Below are positions 10,015 to 19,772 of a DNA stretch of 64,000 bases, in pieces. The notes below the pieces were generated by a model. It worked only from the letters and a program-made list of their open reading frames with translations, did no database searches and was not told where the DNA came from. Source of the stretch: an uncultured Pelagibacteraceae bacterium. Lineage in GTDB: Bacteria > Pseudomonadota > Alphaproteobacteria > Pelagibacterales > Pelagibacteraceae. A program made the position numbers and the translations under genes. Within the stretch, counting starts at the first letter, position 1. The number at the start of each line of letters is the position of its first letter. The DNA lies in NCBI GenBank assembly GCA_902558435.1, contig CACEDU010000002.1:78680-142679 (forward strand), given 5' to 3'.

Positions 10015-11445
10015 TTAATTCCAGCCAGTAATTGCCTTAACCTCTAGGTATTCAGTAAACCCCCAAAGTCCACCTTCTCGACCGTTACCTGATTGCTTAA
10101 ATCCTCCAAAAGGTGCTCCAGTGTCTGCTCCTTGGCCATTAATATAAACTGTCCCTGCTCTTACTTTTCTTGCCACTCTTTTTGCTTTTTCTTTATCCTC
10201 AGTTTGTAAATAGTTACCTAATCCGTAAGACGTATCGTTAGTTATTTTAATTGCTTCTTCTTCTGTATCAAATGGAATAATTGAGAGGACTGGACCAAAT
10301 ATTTCTTCTCTAGCGATTTTCATATCGTTGTTAACATCTACAAATATTGTAGGTTTGACAAAATACCCCTTATTAAGACCATTTGGCAGATCGGGCCCTC
10401 CTGCAGCTAAAGTTGCACCTTCTTTAATTCCCTCATTTATGAGATTTACAACTTTATCATATTGAACTTTGGATACTAAAGGTCCAATGTGATCACCCTT
10501 TTTAGATGCCACATCTACTTTAATTTTATTTGCTTCATCTACAGCTTCTTTTACTGCTCTATCATAAATTGATCTTTGAACTAGCATTCGTGTTGGAGCA
10601 TCACAAGACTGTCCAGTGTTACTCATTATACTTCTTACTCCATCTCTCACTGCATCTGGATAAGAATCCTCAAAAACTATATTTCCACCTTTACCACCAA
10701 GCTCAAGAGTTACCTTTTTAATTGTATCAGCTGCATTTTTTTGTATTAGTTTTCCTGCTCTAGTAGATCCTGTAAATGAGACCATATCAATATCGGGGTG
10801 GCCAGATATATGGTTTCCAACTACTTCTCCATTACCATTAACTAAATTAAATACTCCTGGGGGAAAACCAGCTTCATCAATCATTTCTGCAAACAAAACT
10901 CCTGATACCGGAGCAATTTCAGATGGTTTTAAAATCATTGTACAACCAGCTGCTAGTGCAGGAATAACTTTAAGTACGATTTGGTTCATTGGAAAATTCC
11001 AAGGGGTTATTAGTCCACAAACTCCAATTGGCTCATATCTAATTTGGTTGTTTGATTTTGGATCAAACTGATGTTCAAAATTAAAACTTTTTAAAATATC
11101 TATTGTATTTTTAGATATATCTGCACCCATTTTAGTATGAATATCTGATGCAAAATCTAATGGTGCACCCATTTCCATTGATTGTGCTTCAACCATTTCA
11201 TTCCACCTTCTATTATAAATTTTATCAAATTTTTCTAATAATTTTACTCTCTCTTCTTTTGTAGTTTCTCTCCAAGTTTCAAATGCAACTTTAGCAGCAC
11301 TTATAGCTTTATCAGTATCCTCTATAGATCCCAAAGATATTACTGCAAAAGCCTCCTCAGTTGATGGATCAATTACATCAAAGTCATTAGGTTTAACTGG
11401 TGCAACCCATTTTCCGTTTATATAAAAATTTTTTTTTTCAATCAT
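10015..11445 (-). CDS. NAD(P)-dependent aldehyde dehydrogenase
   Basis: Catalytic Glu in LELGGKG, catalytic Cys in GQSCDAPTR, ITPWNFP and EEIFGPV motifs, 476 aa. Paralog of 38255..39688. Confidence 0.9.
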   Translation of the reverse strand: MIEKKNFYINGKWVAPVKPNDFDVIDPSTEEAFAVISLGSIEDTDKAISAAKVAFETWRETTKEERVKLLEKFDKIYNRRWNEMVEAQSMEMGAPLDFASDIHTKMGADISKNTIDILKSFNFEHQFDPKSNNQIRYEPIGVCGLITPWNFPMNQIVLKVIPALAAGCTMILKPSEIAPVSGVLFAEMIDEAGFPPGVFNLVNGNGEVVGNHISGHPDIDMVSFTGSTRAGKLIQKNAADTIKKVTLELGGKGGNIVFEDSYPDAVRDGVRSIMSNTGQSCDAPTRMLVQRSIYDRAVKEAVDEANKIKVDVASKKGDHIGPLVSKVQYDKVVNLINEGIKEGATLAAGGPDLPNGLNKGYFVKPTIFVDVNNDMKIAREEIFGPVLSIIPFDTEEEAIKITNDTSYGLGNYLQTEDKEKAKRVARKVRAGTVYINGQGADTGAPFGGFKQSGNGREGGLWGFTEYLEVKAITGWN

Positions 11446-11466
11446 AATTGTACTTTAACATAAAAT

Positions 11467-12408
11467 TTAAATTTCATAACCTTTTTCTTCAGGCTGATTA
11501 TCAATCAACTCCTCTGGAAAACCTTTAGCTCTAAAATCAATTTTATTTAGATCTTCCATTCTTTTTACTATCATTGATGACCAGGCTCTTGAGCCGTATT
11601 TTTTTTGGCCATCTTTAAAAATTTCAACTATCTTTGGAGAAATTTCCAAAGGCGCATTTAATTTTTTTGCGAGTTCATCGAATAGTCCTGTATCTTTTAA
11701 AACAAGATCCATTGTAAAATTTATATTATAAGAGCCATTTAAAATGACTTGGCTCTCAGTTTCATGAACAAATGAATTTCCTGATGATACGGCAATTCCT
11801 TTATAAGCTTTTGCAAGATCTAGATTTGATTTTTTAGCTATTGTCCATGCCTCTCCAAGGGCAACCAAATGTGTAGAAGCTAAATAATTTGTAATTACTT
11901 TTAGAACTGAAGCAGTACCTAATCCTCCTGTATGTAATATTTTTCGCCCCATTACTGTTAAAGCAGGTAAAATCTTTTCGAATGCATCTCTGTCTCCACC
12001 AACAAATATTGCTATATTTCCTGAAGCTGCCCTATGGCATCCACCGCTTACTGGACCATCTAAGGGTATTGCTTTTTTTTCTATTACTTTTTTTCCCATC
12101 CTTTTTACCTCTGCCTCATCAGTAGTGCTCATTTCCAACCATATTTTATTTTCAGAAAGACCTTCCAGTATCCCGTTTTGACCCTCCATCACTTCTGCAC
12201 AAATTTCAGGAGAGGGAAGACAAGTTATTATTAAATCAACTTCCTCAGCCATTTCTTTGGCAGAGTTTGCAATTTTTGCCCCAGAGTCTTTAAATTTTTT
12301 TGTTAAACTTTTATTTAAATCTCTAACTGTTAAATTAAATTTATTCCTCAATAAACTCCCAGCTAGTTTGCCTCCAACATTTCCTAAACCAATAAATCCT
12401 ATATTCAT
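11467..12408 (-). CDS. Beta-hydroxyacid dehydrogenase (3-hydroxyisobutyrate dehydrogenase family)
   Basis: N-terminal Rossmann motif IGFIGLGNVGG, DGPVSGG and catalytic-region KVITNYL motifs. Confidence 0.8.
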   Translation of the reverse strand: MNIGFIGLGNVGGKLAGSLLRNKFNLTVRDLNKSLTKKFKDSGAKIANSAKEMAEEVDLIITCLPSPEICAEVMEGQNGILEGLSENKIWLEMSTTDEAEVKRMGKKVIEKKAIPLDGPVSGGCHRAASGNIAIFVGGDRDAFEKILPALTVMGRKILHTGGLGTASVLKVITNYLASTHLVALGEAWTIAKKSNLDLAKAYKGIAVSSGNSFVHETESQVILNGSYNINFTMDLVLKDTGLFDELAKKLNAPLEISPKIVEIFKDGQKKYGSRAWSSMIVKRMEDLNKIDFRAKGFPEELIDNQPEEKGYEI

Positions 12409-13271
12409 TAATTTACCTCCTCTTTCTTTTTATATAATATCATTACGACACCGACTATTATTACTACTCCTCCAATAAATAATTCACTTGTTGGTTTTTC
12501 ACCTAATAAAAATATTGCTGCAAGTAATCCAGTGGGTGGTATGCCCATAGTTACTATAGGTAAGACTTTGTACAGTGGATTATTTTTTAGAACATAATAA
12601 AAACAACCATAAGTTATTGGTTGCATAATAAATCCTATGTAAAATGCTATTAACCAATGATTAAATTTAGCAGTTGATAAATATGAAATGGTATCACCCT
12701 CAATAACAGTTGAAATTAAAATTAAAGTAGGTCCAGAAAATAATGCAAGCCATGCAACTAGGGCTAAAGGATTAATTTCTTTACTCAAAGGTTTTACAAT
12801 TACTTGACCAAGTGCCCATATTGCTGAACCTAAAATTGTAAGAGCAATCCCAAATATTTTTCCATCTAAATTAGGCGAGCCAGTTAAAATATATACTCCT
12901 ATAAATGCAACTCCTATTCCAATTAAAGCTCTTAAGGTTGGTTTTTCTTTCAACATAAAAAAAGCAAAAATTACTCCAAAAGGAACTTCTGTTTGCACTA
13001 ATAATACTGCTGCAGATGCATCAATAAAATTTAAACCAGTATAAGTAATACTGTATTGTAAAGTGTTTGCTATAAATGAAGCAATAAAAATTTTTTTTAA
13101 GAATCCTTTTGGGATAGGAAACCACCAAATTAAAATTGATGCTGCAAATATAAATCTTAATCCCATTAGAAGTATTGGTGGAAAAGACTCAAAAGCAGGT
13201 TTGGCAATTACAAAACCAAACCCTAAAAAAATAGGAACAAGTGATGCAACCAGAGTATCTTTAAAATTCAT
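12408..13271 (-). CDS. DMT-superfamily (EamA-like) transporter
   Basis: 287 aa, ten hydrophobic helices. 1-nt overlap with the downstream dehydrogenase gene. Confidence 0.7.
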   Translation of the reverse strand: MNFKDTLVASLVPIFLGFGFVIAKPAFESFPPILLMGLRFIFAASILIWWFPIPKGFLKKIFIASFIANTLQYSITYTGLNFIDASAAVLLVQTEVPFGVIFAFFMLKEKPTLRALIGIGVAFIGVYILTGSPNLDGKIFGIALTILGSAIWALGQVIVKPLSKEINPLALVAWLALFSGPTLILISTVIEGDTISYLSTAKFNHWLIAFYIGFIMQPITYGCFYYVLKNNPLYKVLPIVTMGIPPTGLLAAIFLLGEKPTSELFIGGVVIIVGVVMILYKKKEEVN

Positions 13272-13331
13272 TCAATTAATTTAATATTAATGATTATTCG
13301 AGAACTTATGATATATTCACCTTTTTAAAAT

Positions 13332-14072
13332 ATGAATTCAACAAAAATAGAACCAAAATATATAAGTAAATCAAATCCACGAGTTGGCCTTATTGCACTT
13401 GCAAGCGATTTTATGATTGAAAGAGACTTTATTAACGTAATTAAGGATAGAGAAATTGATTTTTTTGTTAATAGAATAGAGTGTTATAATCCTTTAACTA
13501 AAGAAAATTTGATTAAAATGTCAGATAAAGTAACTGATGTTGCAAAAGATATTCTTCCAGACCAGGATATAGACTGTGTTGTTTATGGATGTACTTCAGG
13601 TACTATAGCTGCGGGTTACAATTCTATAGAACAAAAGGTAAAAGCTGCAAAACCAATGGCTGAGGTTACAACACCAAGCACCGCTGCTATAAAAGCTTTA
13701 AATAAATTAAATATACGCAAGCTTTGTTTATTTACTCCATACAGCAAAAAACTTAATGATGATGTTGTAGAATATTTTAAGTCTGAGGGATTTGAAATAA
13801 CCTCCAATTCTTATTTTGATATAGAGGCAGACTACGATATCGGTAAAGTAGATCAAAATTATTTGTATGATGTATTATCTAAAATAGATTTAAATGGCGC
13901 AGATGCATTATTTGTATCTTGTACGGCTTTACCCGTGCTACCAATAATTGATAAACTTGAAAAAAAACTGAATACAATTGTTTTATCAAGTAATCAGGCT
14001 TTGATCTGGGACACTCTAGTCCAAATAAATAAAAATAATCTAGTTGAAGGTTTTGGAAAATTATTCAAATAG
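13332..14072 (+). CDS. Asp/Glu/hydantoin racemase superfamily protein (maleate isomerase / arylmalonate decarboxylase / EutA-like)
   Basis: 246 aa with two pseudo-symmetric Cys motifs (VVYGCTSGT and FVSCTALP), as in maleate isomerase-type enzymes. Confidence 0.65.
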   Translation: MNSTKIEPKYISKSNPRVGLIALASDFMIERDFINVIKDREIDFFVNRIECYNPLTKENLIKMSDKVTDVAKDILPDQDIDCVVYGCTSGTIAAGYNSIEQKVKAAKPMAEVTTPSTAAIKALNKLNIRKLCLFTPYSKKLNDDVVEYFKSEGFEITSNSYFDIEADYDIGKVDQNYLYDVLSKIDLNGADALFVSCTALPVLPIIDKLEKKLNTIVLSSNQALIWDTLVQINKNNLVEGFGKLFK

Positions 14073-14078
14073 AAATTT

Positions 14079-15248
14079 ATGTCATTTACTAAAGAGGAAT
14101 ACAAACAAAGATTAAAAAAAGTCCAGTCAATGATGGAAAAAAAAGGTATTGAACTTTTAATTTCTCACGACACTAATAATATGAATTATTTGACCGGTTA
14201 TGATGCTTGGTCCTTTTATTATGCACAATGTGCAATAGTGCATGTCAATTCAGATGAACCACTTTGTTTTGTAAGAGCGCAAGATGCTGGTGGCGCATAT
14301 ATAAAAACTTATCTAAAAGATGAAAATATAATTGTTTATGATGAAAATTATATTCATACATGGCCGAAACATCCTTACGATTATTTAGTAAAAATAATTA
14401 AAGATAGAAAATGGGATAAACTTTCGATTGGTGTTGAAATGGATGCTCATTACTTCACAGCTTTTTGCTATGTAAAGATAAAACAAGGTTTACCTAACGC
14501 AAAAATTAAAGACTCAGAACGTTTGGTCAACTGGGCGAGATTTGCAAAATCTGATGCAGAAATAAAATATATGAAAAATGCTGCATTGATTTCAGAAAAA
14601 GGGATGAAAACTGCAATGGAAGTAATTCAGCCTGGTGTAAGACAATGCGATGCTGTTGGAGAGATACAAAAAACTTTATTTTATGGAACACCAGAGTTTG
14701 GAGGAGAATATTCGAGTATTGCAACACTTCTTCCAACAGGAAAGGGAACTTCAGCTTCACATTTAACTGCTACCCAAGATAAGTTTGTGGAGGGAGAAGC
14801 AACAATTGTAGAGTTATCTGGAGTTTACAAAAGATATCATGCTCCAATGGCAAGAACTGTTTTGTTAGGAAAACCCGATCAACTAAAAATTGATACGATG
14901 AAAAAGACTATTGAAGCTCTAGAAGCTGGAATTAAAGTAACAAAAGCTGGAAATACTGCGAATGATGTAGCTCAAGCATTTTGGGGAGTTTTAGACAAAT
15001 ATGGAATAGAGAAAAAATCAAGAACTGGTTACTCAATTGGTATCGGTTACCCACCAGATTGGGGAGAACATACTTTAAATATATATAAAGAAGAAATGAC
15101 AGAATTAGTTCCAAATTCTTGCTTTCATATGATAGCTGTAATGCAATTTGGTGATTGGGGAGTTGAAGCATCAGAGTCTATAAGAGTTACTGACAATGGA
15201 TGTGAATTATTTTGCAATTATCCAAAAGAGCTACATATAAAAAGCTAA
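14079..15248 (+). CDS. M24-family creatinase / ectoine hydrolase (DoeA/EutD)-like amidohydrolase
   Basis: 389 aa. N-terminal creatinase/prolidase-type domain plus C-terminal pita-bread fold region (IVELSGVYKRYHAPMARTV, GYSIGIGYPPDWGE). Confidence 0.65.
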   Translation: MSFTKEEYKQRLKKVQSMMEKKGIELLISHDTNNMNYLTGYDAWSFYYAQCAIVHVNSDEPLCFVRAQDAGGAYIKTYLKDENIIVYDENYIHTWPKHPYDYLVKIIKDRKWDKLSIGVEMDAHYFTAFCYVKIKQGLPNAKIKDSERLVNWARFAKSDAEIKYMKNAALISEKGMKTAMEVIQPGVRQCDAVGEIQKTLFYGTPEFGGEYSSIATLLPTGKGTSASHLTATQDKFVEGEATIVELSGVYKRYHAPMARTVLLGKPDQLKIDTMKKTIEALEAGIKVTKAGNTANDVAQAFWGVLDKYGIEKKSRTGYSIGIGYPPDWGEHTLNIYKEEMTELVPNSCFHMIAVMQFGDWGVEASESIRVTDNGCELFCNYPKELHIKS

Positions 15249-15293
15249 TTAACTGTTGCAAATAAGATAACTAAATGTTTTAAAAACTAACTT

Positions 15294-16379
15294 ATGTCAA
15301 AAAAAACTGATTTCGTAAAATTTGATAAAGTAGACAAAAGTTACGACGGAAAAGTATTAGTAGTAAAAGATTTGAATTTAGATATTGAAGAAGGTGAGTT
15401 TGTAACAATGCTTGGACCTTCTGGTTCAGGAAAAACTACATGTCTAATGATGCTGGCTGGTTTTGAAACTCCAACTAATGGAGAAATATTTTTAGACAAC
15501 AATCCAATTTCTAATATACCTCCGCATAAAAGAGGAATTGGAATGGTTTTTCAAAATTATGCTTTATTTCCTCACATGACTGTTTTTGAAAATTTAGCAT
15601 TTCCATTAAAGGTAAGAAAAATATCTCAAGAGGATATAGAAAAAAAAGTGGACAAAGCTTTAGCAATGGTTTCGCTAGATGGATTTGCAAACAGAATGCC
15701 AGGACAACTATCTGGTGGTCAACAACAAAGAGTTGCAGTTGCAAGAGCGTTAGTTTTTGATCCTGCTGTTGTTTTAATGGATGAGCCTTTAGGTGCTTTA
15801 GATAAAAATTTAAGAGAAAGCATGCAGTACGAAATTAAACACATTCATGAAAGTATTGGTGTAACAGTAGTTTATGTAACTCATGACCAAGGTGAAGCTT
15901 TAACAATGTCGAATAGGATTGCGGTATTTAATGATGGTAAAGTTCAACAACTATCAAGTCCTGATAAACTATATGAAGAACCAGTTAACTCTTTTGTTGC
16001 AGAATTTATTGGAGAAAATAATACTTTTGGTGGAGAAGTTTCTGAAATTTCAAATGGAACATGTAAAGTGAAATTAGAAAAGGGTGAAATAATTGCTAAT
16101 CCAATTTCAGTTAAATCTGTCGGAGAAAAAACTACAGTATCAATTAGACCAGAACGAGCTTTAATAAACCCTAAAGATAAAATGGATAATAATCAAAAAG
16201 GGAAAATCGAAGAGGTAATTTATCATGGGGATCATACTAGAGTTAGATTAAATTTACTTGGTAATTCAGAATTTATATTGAAAGTTCCAAATAGTTCTCA
16301 AAATTTAGATATAAAACTTGGTAATGAAATTAATATTGGCTGGAATAGTCATGACGCTAGAGCTTTAGACCCAAAATAA
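15294..16379 (+). CDS. ABC transporter ATP-binding protein, PotA/MalK-like
   Basis: Walker A GPSGSGKTT, signature LSGGQQQRVAVARAL, Walker B VLMDEPLGALD, H-loop VTHDQ, C-terminal TOBE-like regulatory domain. Confidence 0.85.
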   Translation: MSKKTDFVKFDKVDKSYDGKVLVVKDLNLDIEEGEFVTMLGPSGSGKTTCLMMLAGFETPTNGEIFLDNNPISNIPPHKRGIGMVFQNYALFPHMTVFENLAFPLKVRKISQEDIEKKVDKALAMVSLDGFANRMPGQLSGGQQQRVAVARALVFDPAVVLMDEPLGALDKNLRESMQYEIKHIHESIGVTVVYVTHDQGEALTMSNRIAVFNDGKVQQLSSPDKLYEEPVNSFVAEFIGENNTFGGEVSEISNGTCKVKLEKGEIIANPISVKSVGEKTTVSIRPERALINPKDKMDNNQKGKIEEVIYHGDHTRVRLNLLGNSEFILKVPNSSQNLDIKLGNEINIGWNSHDARALDPK

Positions 16380-16476
16380 GCTAAATTATTAGATTTTCGC
16401 CAAAATCACCTGTTGACTCTTATATTCTATGTTGCTGTACTCATTTTTTATAAAAAAACGTTTAAACGGAGGATAA

Positions 16477-17595
16477 ATGAAAAAATTAAGTAAATTATTA
16501 CTTGCTTTAACATTTGCAGTTTCTGTATCTACATCCGCTTTTGCAGTAGTTGTTGCATCATGGGGTGGAGCATACACAGAAAGTCAAAAGTTAGGATATG
16601 GTGATCCAACATCGAAGGCATTAGGTGTACCAATCGAGTGGGTTGACTATTCAGGCGGACTTTCAGAAATTAAAGCGCAAATAGAAGCAGGAGCAATCAC
16701 ATGGGATATTATAGACGTATTCGCTTATGATACTATCAATGGTTGTGATGAAGGAATTTTTGTTGAATTTGATTTTGATAAAGACTTCCCACCAGCACCA
16801 GATGGTACGCCTGCAAGTGAAGACTTCTTCACTGATATGCCAAGTAAATGTGCGGTAGGAAATATTTTATATTCTTGGAACTATGCTTACAACAGTGATT
16901 TGTTAAAAAGCACTCCAACGACTTTAAAAGATTTCTTTAACACAAAAAGATTTCCAGGAAAAAGAGCTATTTACAAAAGTGCATTAACTAACTTAGAAAT
17001 TGCATTAGCAGCAGATGGTGTAAAAATGGGTAAAGGTGGAGAATTTATCTACAAAAAATTAGAAGAGCCAGGATATGTTGACAGAGCAATGAATAAAATC
17101 AAAGCACTGTGTGAGGATCCAAATGGCGGATGTGTATTTTGGTCAGCTGGAGCTCAACCACCAGAATTATTAATGAGTGGTGAAGTTGTAATGGCAACTG
17201 GTTGGAATGGTAGATTTTTCAATGCAGCTGTTGGAGAAGGTGCTCCAATAGTTCAAGTTTGGGACGGACAAGGTCTTGACTATGAATATTTTGCATTAGT
17301 TAAAGGTGGACCAAATCAAGAAGATGCTATGAAGGCTTTAGCAATGATGACAAGTACTGAGATGTTAGCAGGAAGTGCAAAATACATTGCATATGCACCA
17401 TGGAGAAAATCATCAATTGCAGTTATGGAAGCAGGCGAGCCTTGGTATAAAGATGGAAAAACAAACATGGTTCCACATATGCCAACAGCACCAGCTAACC
17501 TTAAAAGATACTTCTTAGTAAACGCTGAATACTGGGCTGATAACGGCACAGAGCTTGGTGAAAAATGGGAAGCTATGAAAGCTAGTATTAAATAA
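16477..17595 (+). CDS. Periplasmic substrate-binding protein, PotD/PotF-like (polyamine/amine type)
   Basis: Signal peptide MKKLSKLLLALTFAVSVSTSAFA, 372 aa, GGAGG Shine-Dalgarno 4 nt upstream of the ATG. Sits between the PotA-like and PotB/C-like genes. Confidence 0.75.
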   Translation: MKKLSKLLLALTFAVSVSTSAFAVVVASWGGAYTESQKLGYGDPTSKALGVPIEWVDYSGGLSEIKAQIEAGAITWDIIDVFAYDTINGCDEGIFVEFDFDKDFPPAPDGTPASEDFFTDMPSKCAVGNILYSWNYAYNSDLLKSTPTTLKDFFNTKRFPGKRAIYKSALTNLEIALAADGVKMGKGGEFIYKKLEEPGYVDRAMNKIKALCEDPNGGCVFWSAGAQPPELLMSGEVVMATGWNGRFFNAAVGEGAPIVQVWDGQGLDYEYFALVKGGPNQEDAMKALAMMTSTEMLAGSAKYIAYAPWRKSSIAVMEAGEPWYKDGKTNMVPHMPTAPANLKRYFLVNAEYWADNGTELGEKWEAMKASIK

Positions 17596-17630
17596 TTAAA
17601 GTTTTAATCACTTTAATTTTATATTATATT

Positions 17631-17660
17631 AAGGGCGGTCGCATTGACCGCCCTTTTTTT
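17631..17660 (+). terminator. Intrinsic terminator/attenuator hairpin directly after the binding-protein gene
   Basis: 8-bp GC-rich stem GGGCGGTC (17633..17640) / GACCGCCC (17646..17653), 5-nt loop, then TTTTTTT (17654..17660). The T-run abuts the ATG of the next gene (17661). Confidence 0.8.
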
Positions 17661-18914
17661 ATGAGCTCAGAAACAGGAAAAATTTTAACAACAGATGGAA
17701 TTCCCCTAGAGGAAAGTCTAAAACAGGCAGAAAAGAAAAATAAAATTAAAGCTTTTTTACTAGTAGCACCATTATTATTATTTTTAATTATTACATACAT
17801 GATTCCTATCGGAGACATGTTCTCTAGAAGCATAGATGATAAGATGGTTACCAATATGCTTCCTAAAACTTATAAAGCAATGGAAAATTGGGATGGAAAA
17901 GAATTACCGCCAGAGGAAGTTTTTGAAGCATTTTACTTAGACTATAAAATTCTTGTTAAGAATAAAACAGCAGGAAAATTACAGACACAATTAAATTATG
18001 AAAAAAATGGATTTAAGAGTGTTTTAAAAAAACTAGCAAGAAAACAAAAGAAATTTGAGGAGGGAAACTACAAAGAACAAATAATGAAAGTTCATAAAAG
18101 ATGGAGAAATGTTGAATATTGGAGAGCAATTAAAAGAAGAGCTCCATCTTATACATATTCAAAATACCTTAAAGGTGTAGACATGTACTCCAATGAAGAT
18201 GGAAAAATTGTTCAAGTTTCTGAGGATAGAAGAATTCATAGAATATTATGGATAAGGACAGTGGAGGTAGCTTTTTTTGTTACTTTATTTTGTTTTTTGA
18301 TGGCTTACCCAATTGCACATTTGTTGGCAACTCTACCAATGAAATATAGTAATTTGCTTATGATCTGCGTTCTTCTTCCTTTCTGGACATCTTTACTTGT
18401 AAGAACTGCAAGTTGGATGATTTTGTTACAGCAACAAGGAATTGTGAATGATTTCTTTGTTTGGACAGGTCTTGTTGCAGACGATAACAGACCTGAGATG
18501 ATGTACAATAAAACTGGAACTTACGTGGCAATGACTCAAATACTTTTACCTTTTATGGTTTTACCTTTGTATAGTGTTATGAAAACGATCTCTCCAAGTC
18601 TTATGAGGGCTGGTAAGTCTTTAGGCGCAACTCCAGCGGTTGCTTTTTTTAAAGTTTATTTTCCACTTACAATTCCAGGAATAGGTGCAGGTTGCTTATT
18701 AGTATTTATCTTAGCAATTGGATATTATATTACGCCAGCACTTGTTGGAGGTGCATCTGGAACACTTATTAGTAATCAAATAGCATATCATATGAAGAGT
18801 ACTTTAGATTGGAGTTTTGCATCTGCAATGGGTCTGATGCTTTTAACGGGTGTGTTAGCAATATATTGGATTTATAATAAACTTGTTGGAGTTGATAACA
18901 TCAAATTAGGTTAA
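17661..18914 (+). CDS. ABC transporter permease, PotB-like, with a long hydrophilic insertion after TM1
   Basis: Binding-protein-dependent transport motif SLMRAGKSLGATPAVAFFKVYFPL. 417 aa versus about 280 for typical PotB. The extra Lys/Glu-rich segment spans about residues 53-200. Confidence 0.75.
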   Translation: MSSETGKILTTDGIPLEESLKQAEKKNKIKAFLLVAPLLLFLIITYMIPIGDMFSRSIDDKMVTNMLPKTYKAMENWDGKELPPEEVFEAFYLDYKILVKNKTAGKLQTQLNYEKNGFKSVLKKLARKQKKFEEGNYKEQIMKVHKRWRNVEYWRAIKRRAPSYTYSKYLKGVDMYSNEDGKIVQVSEDRRIHRILWIRTVEVAFFVTLFCFLMAYPIAHLLATLPMKYSNLLMICVLLPFWTSLLVRTASWMILLQQQGIVNDFFVWTGLVADDNRPEMMYNKTGTYVAMTQILLPFMVLPLYSVMKTISPSLMRAGKSLGATPAVAFFKVYFPLTIPGIGAGCLLVFILAIGYYITPALVGGASGTLISNQIAYHMKSTLDWSFASAMGLMLLTGVLAIYWIYNKLVGVDNIKLG

Positions 18915-18916
18915 TT

Positions 18917-19771
18917 ATGGCTTTACCAAAATATACAGAACCACATTATAGAATTTGGCATTACTTTTATTTATTAATTTGTGGTTGTGTCTTTTTCTTT
19001 TTGATAGCTCCTTTATTTGTAATTTTTCCATTATCTTTCAATGCAGAAGAGTTTTTGGTTTTTTCTGATGGAATGAAAAGATTAGACCCTGATGCATTCT
19101 CATTGAGATGGTATAAGGATATGATTTATGGAACAAAAAATCCATGGGGTTTAGCTGCAAGAAATAGTTTTATAATTGCAATATTTGCAACATTAGGATC
19201 AATTATTTTAGGTACTCTTGCCGCATTAGGTTTAAGCAGCAGACATATGCCTTACAAAGGTTTGATAATGGCAATTTTAATTTCACCAATGATAGTCCCG
19301 CTAATTATTTCTGGAGTAGCGATTTTCTTTTTTATGGCAAAGGTAGGTTTGGCTGCTACTCATTTAGGTATTATACTGGCACACATTATTCTAGGAACAC
19401 CTTTTGTAGTAATAACTGTAACTGCAACACTTTCAGGTTTTGACCATAGTATTACACGTGCGGCCTCAAGTCTTGGAAGTAGTCCATATAATACATTTAT
19501 GAAAATTACTTTACCTTTGATATTACCTGGAGTTATTTCTGGTGGTCTTTTTGCTTTTGTAACCTCTTTTGATGAAGTCGTCGTTGTATTATTCTTGGCT
19601 GGCTTAGATAATACCACAATACCAATTCAAATGTGGACTGGACTAAGAGAACAATTAAGTCCGACAATTTTAGCAGTAGCAACTTGTTTAATTATATTGT
19701 CAGTATTAATCTTATTAACTGCTGAACTTTTAAGAAGAAGATCTGAAAGATTAAGAGGAATAAATAGATAG
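18917..19771 (+). CDS. ABC transporter permease, PotC-like
   Basis: Six TM segments, EAA-type loop ITRAASSLGSSPYNTFMKITLPL, 284 aa. Confidence 0.8.
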   Translation: MALPKYTEPHYRIWHYFYLLICGCVFFFLIAPLFVIFPLSFNAEEFLVFSDGMKRLDPDAFSLRWYKDMIYGTKNPWGLAARNSFIIAIFATLGSIILGTLAALGLSSRHMPYKGLIMAILISPMIVPLIISGVAIFFFMAKVGLAATHLGIILAHIILGTPFVVITVTATLSGFDHSITRAASSLGSSPYNTFMKITLPLILPGVISGGLFAFVTSFDEVVVVLFLAGLDNTTIPIQMWTGLREQLSPTILAVATCLIILSVLILLTAELLRRRSERLRGINR

Positions 19772-19772
19772 T

